This document shows, one piece after another, positions 1 through 27,354 of a stretch of DNA of 64,000 bases. Numbering within the stretch: position 1 is the stretch's first letter; each line of letters begins with the position of its first letter. This stretch comes from Macrostomum lignano (lineage: Eukaryota): positions 186,001 to 250,000 of the forward strand of contig NIVC01000728.1 of NCBI GenBank assembly GCA_002269645.1. The letters run 5' to 3'. The notes below the pieces were generated by a model. The model saw only the letters and a list, made by a program, of their open reading frames with translations, was not told the origin of the DNA and ran no database searches. A program made the position numbers and the translations under genes.

Positions 1-129
1 GATTGGATTGTTTTTCGAGTAGCCATCGACCGCCTTGAGAATGTCAGTCAGGATGATCTGGTTGGATGGGCTGAAGTCTAGCTTACTATTGTCCAACCAA
101 TCAGCGGCTTTGGTCAGTGTTAGACCCAT
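1..129 (-). CDS. Possible coding exon running off the left edge (MGLTLTKAADWLDNSKLDFSPSNQIILTDILKAVDGYSKNNPI...)
   Basis: Open frame from ATG at 129 to the window edge, with AG acceptors just upstream. No recognisable domain. Confidence 0.3.
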   Translation of the reverse strand, partial: MGLTLTKAADWLDNSKLDFSPSNQIILTDILKAVDGYSKNNPI

Positions 130-1410
130 GACTGGCACCAATTTTAATCTATTGCTGCAAATTTCATAGTGAAAAAGTTTGCACATGTAGATAGAAACAT
201 AGTCGGCGAAAAAATTGCCATTAAAGCAAAAACTTAGCTACTTAGACCATCAGCTAAGTAAAAATGATTTGAATGTAGTCTTTGTATACTATCTTTTATG
301 AAAGAAACATGAGGGTCTTTTATGAGAGTCACGAATTTATTATATTTTTATTATCTAAAAAGCGAGACTGATAAGAGTTGCAAATAAAACCCTTTTTAGT
401 TAAATAAATTCTAAAATATAAAGTAAGAAAGATACAAATAAGAAATAAAGTTTTAGATGTCTTTAATTTTTCAGCTCCAAACAAAAAATATTTACCTGCA
501 TTTTATTCATGAGGTGGGATCTCGAAACTAATATCAGTACTCAATACAATACAAAGAAATTAATCTTGCACTTAAATAAAAAATGGCTTCACTAATTCAG
601 GAACATATCCAATACACTAAACATGCTGACTTAAAATATAAGAAAATGAAATATTATTCCAAGTTAGAAGTATATCATTATACCATAAAAATGTAAAGAA
701 CAATATTCCTATCTAGATCATTATAGCAACCAGAAGGCTTTCTTAAAACCAAGCTAGAAAATAATTACTTGAAACTTCCAGTATAAAATCACAAAATTTA
801 ATAATATCTCTAAATCAGAAAAATCAACCGCAGTAAAGTTGATGCTCACAAACAGACAACTAAGGAAATTATAAAAATGAACAAAAACCAAGAAATAACT
901 CGCTTAAATGAAATATTGAAGGTAGCACTTTAACTAAGTGCTTCACTGTGACTGAATTCAGATTACAATTTCTTTGCAAATTGAATCCATCCTATCTTTC
1001 TCGGTTGTCCTGCCTACATATACAAAGACTGATTAAATTTTAGTTGGAGTCAATAAATATGTATTTTTTTACATTATTAGGGCTGCATTCAGATTTCTAA
1101 GCTCTTGAGCACAATGTTTTTAATATATTTGTTTTACGCTTTATAAAAATTCAGTTTTTTAGTGTATAAAGCCGTTGAAAAATAATTTTTTTTGTTTTTT
1201 TCTACACGTTTAATCCAAAAGCCACGTATATGTATATTTGTTTATCAATATCTATATGTATTATACATGTATATGTACAATGTTTTTTAGAGAGAAAGAT
1301 GATGTAAAACCAAAAGCTGTGCACCTGAATTATACAATCGTGTATTTCAGTTTAGTAACATGTAATTTTTATTAGGAAAATTGGAAATGCCGCATTTGGT
1401 TAGGCATAAT

Positions 1411-1626
1411 CAGTGGCGTAGCCAGGAATTTCAATTGGAGGGGGCGGGTTGGCTTGGTTTGCCATGCCTTATGCACTTATGCACTCATTTTAGCGTCGCA
1501 GGCACTCATTTTGGCGTCTCAGGCACTCATTTTAGCGCCGGAGGCACTCAATTGCCTCATGGTTTTTGGTACCTGCCGCGCCCAACCTCACCTCCAGGCG
1601 ATTGGGGGGGGGCCGCTACGCCACTG
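1411..1626. mobile_element. hAT-type MITE
   Basis: Perfect 12-bp TIR CAGTGGCGTAGC/GCTACGCCACTG and perfect 8-bp TSD GGCATAAT (1403-1410, 1627-1634). Internal ~21-bp repeats (GCACTCATTTT). Confidence 0.85.
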
Positions 1627-1938
1627 GGCATAATATCTTTAAATAATTTTTATTTGTAATTGTACCAAAATAGAGGGTTATTGAAACTTTGTAATATTAA
1701 GTGAAAAAATAAAAACAGTCCTCCGGAATTAGAAATGATTAAAATTGAGACTAGTTCAATCATGCTTGAAGCTGCATTTCTGTCATGCTGATCAGAGTTC
1801 CGAGAATCAAAGTTAAATTACTGTGAGCTATTATTTTATTTTTTTAGTCAATGGTAATTAATAGATTATTGTCTATTGATTGATTAGTAGATGTCGATAT
1901 CAACACTTTTATGGTATGGCAGCCGTATCATTCCCGCA

Positions 1939-18971
<17,033 letters not shown>

Positions 18972-19360
18972 GACAATCGGTTGCGAGATTGACACCAAAA
19001 TTCGGCGATTGCATTTGGTTAAAAAGGTGTGAAAGCGTCCACGGATGCATAATATAGCAGGATCGCTAAAAGCTTGAAGTTTTGGTTTCAACCATAGACA
19101 AGAGCCCGCAACCAGCCGCTGAGTCTCAGAAAGCATAAATTTCACATTTGAGCATCAGGAACAAAGACTATATGTTAAGCAGGAACAGGTTGGCTTGCAG
19201 TTTGAGACAGAACTTGAGATTTATTTATCTCATAAACTTCATTTATTTTTTAACTGTGTAGCAGCCATTTTCACTCATAAATTCACTAATAGACGTACTG
19301 ATAAACTACTCATAAATTCACAAGTAAGTTCACTCAATCGCTAACAAATCATTCATCGAT

Positions 19361-20831
19361 TCACGGCCCGCAGCGGGCGTGCAGCAGGGCGAACTCCGCA
19401 GCGCTCAGAGTCCAATTAGCGATGGCGTAGCAGACCAGATTACCGTTGAGTCCGTAACCGACCGAGGCGTGATAGCCCAGCCTGAGGCAGGAGGGTGCGT
19501 ATGTGTAAGCTTGCGCACTAATCGTAGCCGAGGTATAGACGCTGCCCTGCCCAAACAGGCTGTCGAAAGCGCCATCTCGCATGGCGATCCCCAGAGAGAC
19601 GTTCACCAAGCTGCCGTCAACGGCTCCGAACGACTGGGTGGAGGTCAGCTTCAGTTTATTATCGGGGCTGGTCATGCTGTGCTCCAGTAGCAGAGCTCCA
19701 CTTTTCTCGCCAAACAGACCCGAATAATAGCTGCTAGTGGGAGTGGCGCAGTCGAACAGGTAGTGATAGGTAGACATGTAGAAGGTGCGGCGTTGAGCTC
19801 TAACGTAGAAGCTGAAACTGCTCAGATCGCTGCGAGACATTGGAGTTAGTAGCGCCTGCGACTGCGTGTCAAGGTCAATGTAGGAGCTTGTCGTGCCGTC
19901 AAATGCGGCGCCAGAAGAGCTCCGAGTTACAGCCGATGATGGAGTCAAGTTGTACTTGCTAGGGCCCGTGCCAGCTTGGTTAGTGTAGCTCTGACAAAGG
20001 TCATAGAATGCCACCAAGTTGGAGATTAGAGCGGCTGTAGGGCTCGACGTGCTTGTTTGCGATGTCGCTGTTGGAGTACCAGATGTTGTTGCAGCTGTAG
20101 CTTCAGTTGACTCGTGGCTGAGGCACTGTTTGCACAGCTTGTAGGCCTCTGCAAACTGGCAACCAGTAGCAAGTGAGGCGCACGGAATGCTGCAGACAGT
20201 CTGGCCAGGTCCCGTGCTGCAAGAGCCTTCGCAGAGCAGATAGAAGAGCACTGATTGGAGAATCAGCAGTAGAATCAGTCGGTTCGAGGCCTGTGGTTTA
20301 TTTACGGATGCTTACCAAGCTATAATCCGGACGCAAATGTTTAGAAGGCTCCCGATTCCGATTTTGAAGTTTCTAACACAAGGATTTCCTACCGGGAGGT
20401 TTCCTATCGGGAGGTTGCTATAGGAGGTTTCCTATTGGGAGGTTGCTACCGGGGGGTTGCTATAGAGAGTTTGCTACCGGGAGGTTCCTATAGAAAGGTT
20501 GCTACCGGGAGGTTCCTATAGAGAGGTTGCTACCTGGAGGTTGCTACCGGGAGGTTGCTACCGGGAGGTTGCTACCGGGAGGTTGCTACCGGGAGGTTGC
20601 TACCGGGAGGTTACCGGTAAATTCTAGTGGTCCTTGCGTAAGGTATGTGCACTCTCTGTGCCATGGGGGATTGGTCTCACGACAGCCTGCTGATTTCACG
20701 ACAGCTCCTAGTTAGTTTTCTTGCACGAGCCATAAGTAATTGTGTAATCGAAGTTCGGAGCAACAGTCGAACACGTTACCGCTGAGCTGCTTTTCTCTGC
20801 TCCAAAAATTGAGAGGTTTGAAACTCACCAT
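19361..20831 (-). CDS. Secreted protein: signal peptide, six-Cys module, Ser/Thr linker, ConA-like/LamG-type domain
   Basis: The first exon contributes only the ATG (20831-20829, ATG|GTGAGT). Splicing to CCACAG|20290 gives MASNRLILLLILQSVLFYLLCEG (signal peptide). LVAFYDL..GAAFDGTTSSYIDL..LRLG..GLNGNLVCYAIANWTLSAAEF fits the LamG-like jelly-roll pattern. Confidence 0.8.
20385..20615. repeat. 14-bp minisatellite (CCGGGAGGTTGCTA)
   Basis: Seen directly, in the intron of the LamG gene. Confidence 0.9.
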
Positions 20832-22071
20832 AGCAGCAGAAGAGTTGCTTGCTTGTTTACGAATGTCCGACTCCAATAGGCAACACTGGTAAAAGTCAAT
20901 TGCAGTCAATTGCAGTCGAGGAGAAAGTAGGGAGTTTGCTTGGGGCTGCTTCTGACTAGATTGAACTGGTGCGGAGTTTTATGCATCCTGGATACAGAGA
21001 AACTAAGCAGTCCATTGGCTGGCCGTTGTTAGTTCTTGTCATTCATCAAATTCTCTTCCCCTGCCCCTGCATAAACTCTCCTAGTTTCCCCCTCAGCTTC
21101 CGATTTGTCTTCTCCATCCGACCTCACCTTCCTGTAAGCTGTAATGGAGTCGACTCGCTTAGGTTTTTTTACAGTTTTAAAAAACGTCGTCATCCACCAT
21201 ATTCGTTGGCTTGTACCGGAGCAAACAGATTCTTATGGATTATTCCTAAGCCTTTTAACAAAATTTGCACAGAGAACTTTCGTGTTTGACCTTCAAGATT
21301 GATTTTTTTAATCAGAGTGCATCAGAAACTTTATTGTACGACCTCATGCGTCCTGTGGCTAAGCGGGAGTATAACAAAGTCTTAGATTGGTAAAAACCGG
21401 GACAGCCCATTGAAGTATATTAAAGATCTGATCTAATCTACCGAGAGGGGAGCCGTAGCCCAGCGGTAGCGCAGCTGCTCTGGTGTGCCAGCGACCCAGG
21501 CTCGATTCCATGTGCAGTCGCATTAATTTGGGGCTGAATTGGAATCTCGGCGCACGCGAAGGCGTATTCAGCATGCCAGTGAAGTATGAGACAGACTAGG
21601 CCCATGGGCTAAGGTCTGCGATGCTTCACGCCTGCCCCTATCTTCAGCAGGTCAAGGCTGGTGGGAGGTCTGCACCCTCTATTTGCCTCTGGCAGCCGCA
21701 GACCCCCCCCCCCACGCTGTCTCGCAAGTCGACCCAGGGTACTCGTCCCCGCGTGTGTTCAAGGCAGTCCCTAGGGCTGCTGGACAGACTGGGCTCCGGC
21801 GCTGGCGACCCTATCCAGTGGCTTCGGCCGAATTTGGGTATGCGGGTCTGGCTCGCCAACCTGCAGGCCGTGGTACTGCTCAACGTACTCTCTAATGCCT
21901 AAGGTGTTGACCGTGCCGATGGGCTGGAAGGCCGGGGAGTAGTCCGGTCGCAAGCGGTCCCCCTCCTGGTGTCGGGCCAGCCTTGAGGGTGCTATTGGCC
22001 TACTGCCCGGTCAGGTGGAGCGGCCGGGTGGGTACCGCGCCCCTTTGAGGGTAGCCCACCAACCTTTTATC

Positions 22072-23575
22072 ATGGCCTTCGAGCCGACTATGGATAAACA
22101 AGCTATTTCTAGGGACGGGGACCCTTCTAAACCCCAACCTCAGTCCGAAGGACCGGCCGGCCCTGCTGGCAGATCCCAACCGACTGATTCAACTGTGGCA
22201 AAGGAAGGACCGGCTGGCTCTGCTGGCAGATCCGACCAGAGCTACCAAACTCAAAATACCCTAAGACCTGCCAGCTCCGCTGGTGGATCTAAGGGAACCG
22301 CGAGCTCTGAGCCTAAAGGACCGGCCAAATCTGGCAGATCCGATGAAGCTCAGCGGGCTCGGCTTGAGCGCAAACGCGCTAAACAACGCGCCAAAAGGCA
22401 GGCCAAGAAGGGAGCTGCGGGGCCAAAGCGGCGGCGTCCACCATGGATGCTGAAGCGACTGGAGTCCCAAGGCAACCAGGCGGGCCGGCCGGTGGAAGCT
22501 CCAGTAGTTCAGCGGCGGCGCTCCCTGGAGCTGCTGCCGCGGCTGCTGAGGCCGAAACCACGGCGCAACAAATGGCCACTGCCAACAAGGAGGTTCCTTC
22601 GGGAGCTACCTTTGCGGCGAAGGCCAAGGCCAAAATCCCGGGAGTGATCATCCAAGGTCGCGACCAGGACTGGACCACTGATCAGCTTCAAAAAGTGTGG
22701 AGTGCTGTTGACTCCTATCTGATTGAGCTGACTGTCGAGGAGGGAATCTCCATCGGCGTTGAGCGGATGGTGCTGCGAAGCACATTCGTTCTTATTGCTC
22801 CTAGCAGCGAGGAGGACGCTCGGCGGCTGCTCCAGCGGCTACCGACGGTCTCCTTGGATGCTGACCTTGGTGGAGCTCTTTTTCTTCGCGAGGGCCAGCG
22901 TCCAAAGACGATACCCTATGTGGTTTTCGTCCCTGCTAAGAGCACCGCAGCTGGACCAGACGTTATTCGCCGGGTCCTACTGCGTCTGAACCCCGACCTC
23001 CCTGCTAGTGGACTGGTGTATCACCGCAAAGTCCGCAGGGGGGAGACGGGCAACTCAATTGTCCTCGGCCTTTCCAGCACTTGGGCGAGTCGGTACCCTA
23101 ATGGATCCTCTTTCCAGCTGGGTGCCCTCAAGCTCAAGTTGCGCCGAGGAAAGTCTGCCAAAGGGAAGGCTACTGCCAACCCCGGCATCTCCGGCAAGAG
23201 CGGGGCGCAGTCTAAGGCCCAAGGAAAGGCGCAAGCCGATCCCAAAGCCAAAGCTGCATCTCGCCCCTCTGCTAGCAGCAGTTCGGCGACCGCGGTAACG
23301 GCTCCGGCCGAGCCCCGGGAACCAAACCTGCCAGTCGGAGAAGGAGTTGAGGACGAGGCCGGGTCTTCGGAATCCGAGCTCTCCTCGGCCACCTTGGTGG
23401 GGTCTGAAGGTAAAGATGCAGGTGAGGAAGCTTCCTCCATCCTGTCATCGGAGCCTGAGGACTCTGCTGGGGGGCCGGTGGGGGTGAGGAGGCCATGGAC
23501 GTCGACCAACTCCCATCTCCCAGTCAAGCCCCAGCGGCCTGGGACGAGGACGATCTGTTGTCCAAGTCTCCTTGA
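22072..23575 (+). CDS. LINE ORF1 (low-complexity N-terminus, DUF4780-like domain), two apparent frameshifts
   Basis: ORF segments 22015-22647 and 22443-23591 join with +1 base near 22440 and near 23485. RVLLRLNPDLP resembles LOA/Lian ORF1 domains (recalled, not searched). Confidence 0.65.
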
Positions 23576-23614
23576 TGGCCCTGGGCTCTAGCCAGATATT
23601 GCATTTAATACAGT

Positions 23615-26600
23615 ATGACTAAGCTCCACGCTGCCAAAGGAGCGACATTCTGTCTGCAAATAAATTTACAGCATTGCGTATCTGCGTCAGTAAATCTGAT
23701 GAAGATTGCTGAGCTGTACAGGCCAGGCCTCATCCTGATCCAGGAACCCTGGATGCGCAACGGTAAGTTGCCCAACATTCCCTCTGGCTACTCTGATTTT
23801 TATGTGTGTGGCCCGGGGAACAGCCGCCCTAGAGCGGCTATCCTCGCTGCTAGCCATCTCCAGGCTTGGCTGAGGACTGATCTCTCTGATGGAGACCTTT
23901 GCGTCATCCAATCTAATCATTTCTCTCCGCGTACGTGTCTTGTTGCCTCGGTTTATATCCCAGGCGACAGAGACCCTGCTCCCGAGAGTTTACTGCGCCT
24001 TGCGCAGTACTGCGAGTCCCAGAACGCTGAGCTGTGCTTAGGGGGCGACCTCAACGCGCACCACAAGCACTGGGGCAGCAAAGATACCAACACTAGAGGA
24101 GAGGAGCTTCTGGCCCTCATCTCTAACACAAACCTCATGCTCTGCAACCGCGGCAGCACTCCTACCTTTAATAATGGCAGATGGACCGAGGTCCTCGACG
24201 CCACACTCGTTACCCCAAGACTCTTTGACAGAGTCAAGGAGTGGAGAGTCTGGTCTGAGGAGCCCTCCCTGTCTGACCACTGCTTTATCGCCTTTAATAT
24301 CGCGGACACTAAAACCCAGTCTCCGATCACTTGGAGACGCAATATCCGCAACACTGATTGGGCGGCCTACAAGGCTGCCCTTGATCTGCACCTGCAGGAA
24401 CTCACGGACTTACGTCCGATTGAGACCTGCGAGGATGTGGATCATATGGCTGAGACGCTGACAGGTTGCATTATTGCAGCCTACGAAGCGGCTTGTCCTG
24501 CTCGCGCCTACAGAGGCAAGACCTCGGCGCCGTGGTGGAACCCGGAGCTGGGGAAACTCAGGCGGAAGGCCAAAAGCCTTCATCGCCGTGCCATGAAGAC
24601 CGGAAACCCGGAGGACATGGAGCTTTTCCGGCAAGCCTCCCGCAATTTCAAATCTGAAGTGCGCAAGGCCAAGGAATGTAAGTGGCGCCAATTCTGCAAT
24701 GAATTGGATCAAGACAGACCTACTTCTAGGCTTGTCAAGGCCCTTACAATGGACAAAATGTCCAAATTAGCCATGATAAAAAAAGATGATGGCTCTCTTA
24801 CTAAAGACCCTGAAGAAGTGCTTCAGCATATGCTTAGCACATTCTTCCCGAGGGTACCTACTGCTAGACCGGAGCCCAACCATTCGATGGATGGAGCCAC
24901 CCTAGCGGCGGGCATTGTCACTGAAGACCTAATCGCTCGTGCGGTCAGAACCTTCAAACCCTTCAAATCTCCTGGACCTGATGGTATCTACCCTGTTCTC
25001 CTTCGTGAAGCAGCCAAGATACCCTCGTTCCTGAGACTCACCCGCAATCTTATGCGGGCCTCTATCCAGCTGGGATACGTTCCCAAAAGCTGGACTGAAG
25101 CTCGAGTAGTCTTTATTCCCAAACCTGGGAAGGGTGACTACCAAAGCGTCAAGGCCTTCCGGCCAATTAGCTTAACGTCAGCAATGCTTAAGCTCACTGA
25201 GAGGCTTATTCTCTGGCGGCTGCTCTCCTGCGAGCTGACAGCGATGCCCCTCAGCAATAATCAGCACGCCTTCCGTACCGGGAGGTCGACTGACAGCGCC
25301 CTGCATGCGATTGTCGAAAAGATTGAACGGGCGGTACTGGGTGACGGTTACGCCCTGGCTCTCTTTCTTGACATTGTTGGCGCCTTCGACAACGTTATCT
25401 TTGAAGCGTTTCAGAGGGCCCTTCAAAATCGCAAAGCTCATGCTACCCTCATACGGTGGATCATGTACATGATCTCCAACCGTACGGTCACTGCCCAACT
25501 TCTTGGGCAAACTGCCTCCACCAGAGTCTGTAAGGGTGGACCCCAAGGCGGAGTCCTCACCCCGACGCTCTGGAACCTGGTCATGGACGCTCTTCTGAGT
25601 GACTCCCGACCTGACCCCGTCTTCAAAGTCGGGTATGCTGATGACGTCACGGCCATTGTGGCAGGACCGTCTCCCAGCACGCTCAGGGATCTGATGCAGA
25701 GCTTTATCCGCAAAGCAGAATCCTGGGCCAATGACAATGGTTTGGAACTCTCTGAGCCCAAAACCGTTGCCATTATGTTTACCAGCAGACTACGCTGGAA
25801 CATACGTCCTCTGCAGCTCTACGGCAGAGATATTGCCTTCGCGCACCAGACCAGATGTCTCGGGGTCACACTTGACCACCGGCTCAACTGGTCCTTCCAC
25901 GTGAAAGCAAAAGCTAAGCGTGCCTCAGCCATCCTGGCCCAGCTCCGACGAGCACTTGGCACTTCTTGGGGTCTATCCCCAAAGCGGCTTTGGTGGATCT
26001 ATACTTCCGTAGTTAGACCTGCCATTACGTAAGCCTCTGTTGTCTGGGTTAGCGCTACCCAGGTCAAAAGCCATGCAGACCTGCTCAACACGATCCAAGG
26101 CAGAGCGTGTAGGCTCATCTGCAACGCCACCAGGTCCACGCCCTTTGCTGGCATGGGGGCCTTTCTTAATCTTCCGCCTCTTGACCTCTTCATCAGGGGT
26201 GAGGCGGCTAGAACGACGCGGCGTCTAATTGATGCCGGCGTCAAATTCATTTACATGAGAGCACCTGCTAAGCGGAACCTTGTCCCGCATAGCGATCTGT
26301 GCCTCAACTTTCTCAACGAGTGTCAGGCCAATCGCGTCTTCACCGATGGCATTGCCTCAACGCTCAACCTGAGACAGCGCTACTCCGTAGCTATCGACTC
26401 GCGCGATAACATCAATGACCATTGGAACCCTGGTGAGCTTCATTGCTACACCGACGGTTCTAAGCAGTCAGCCAACACCGGCTTTGGTGTTGGAATCTTT
26501 CTGAACGGGAGGGTCATCGCTACCCACGCTCAATACACTGGGGTCAACTCCAGTGTTTTCCAAAATGAAGTTCTGGCCATCAGCTCCTGCACTGCAGAGC

Positions 26601-27354
26601 TTCTCGCCACTGGCGTTACTGGTAAGAACATCATTTTCCATTCGGACAGCCAAGCTGCCTTGCACGCCATCAGTGGCTGCAGCACCAACTCTGCTACAGT
26701 CCTTGACTGTATCAAACTCCTCAATGTGTTGGGTTCCGCCAACAAAATTACCCTTAAGTGGGTTCCGGGGCATGTGGGGATCCGAGGAAATGAGTTGGCT
26801 GACACCCTTGCAAAAGTTGGTGCCTCCGGCTCCTCTCTCGGCCCCGAACCTCTTGTCCCGATCCTGGCTGTGTCATCGACTCGCGCATCAAAGCGTGGAT
26901 CAGGACTCAGCACCGCTCGACTTGGGCGAACCGCACGAACTGCAGGCAATCCAGAGGCGCTGTCCCTCAGCCCTCTCACCAGCTCCGGAAGCTCCTCTTG
27001 CGCCTCTCGCGCAGAGACATCCGGGCTGCCACCATGACCCTCTCTGGTCACGGCTGCTTCTCCAGGCACCAGTACCTGCAGGGCAACGCCACCAACGCCA
27101 CCTGTAGTTTCTGCAACTCAGGTGACGAAACCGCTGAGCATTTCGTCAGCATCTGTCCCGCCTTCACGCGGGCCAGACTCACTTACCTCGGGCCACACAC
27201 ATCTATTACTGAAGCGTGCAAACCCGAAAACTTTAATCAGCTCATGCGCTACCTTCGGGCCACCCGCAGGGCTGAACTCTCCTTTCCAGAGAGCACCATA
27301 GCTGCTGGCGACACTGGGGGACCTCCCTGGGCGGCGCCAACCCTCCGTCCATAG
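23615..27354 (+). CDS. LINE ORF2: APE endonuclease, reverse transcriptase, RNase H, CCHC finger; one stop and one frameshift
   Basis: QINLQH, IQEPW, GGDLNAHH, SDHC (APE). FKSPGPDG, FRPISL, LDIVGAFD, GYADD (RT). YTDGSK, NEVLAI, SDSQAAL, WVPGHVG.GNELAD (RNase H). CSFC..ETAEHFVSIC. TAA at 26030-26032 replaces the Tyr of ITYASVVW. Frameshift near 26862. Confidence 0.93.

Noticed and set aside
130-1380. AT-rich flanks (also 55900-57050 and 63350-64000)
   Set aside because: No ORF, repeat structure or motif above background. Treated as ordinary intergenic or UTR DNA.
18972-19145. PLD start at the upstream in-frame ATG 19145
   Set aside because: The extra 58 codons are AT-rich, contain acceptor-like sites and lie within ~100 bp of the neighbour's poly(A) signals. 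Not excluded, but less likely.
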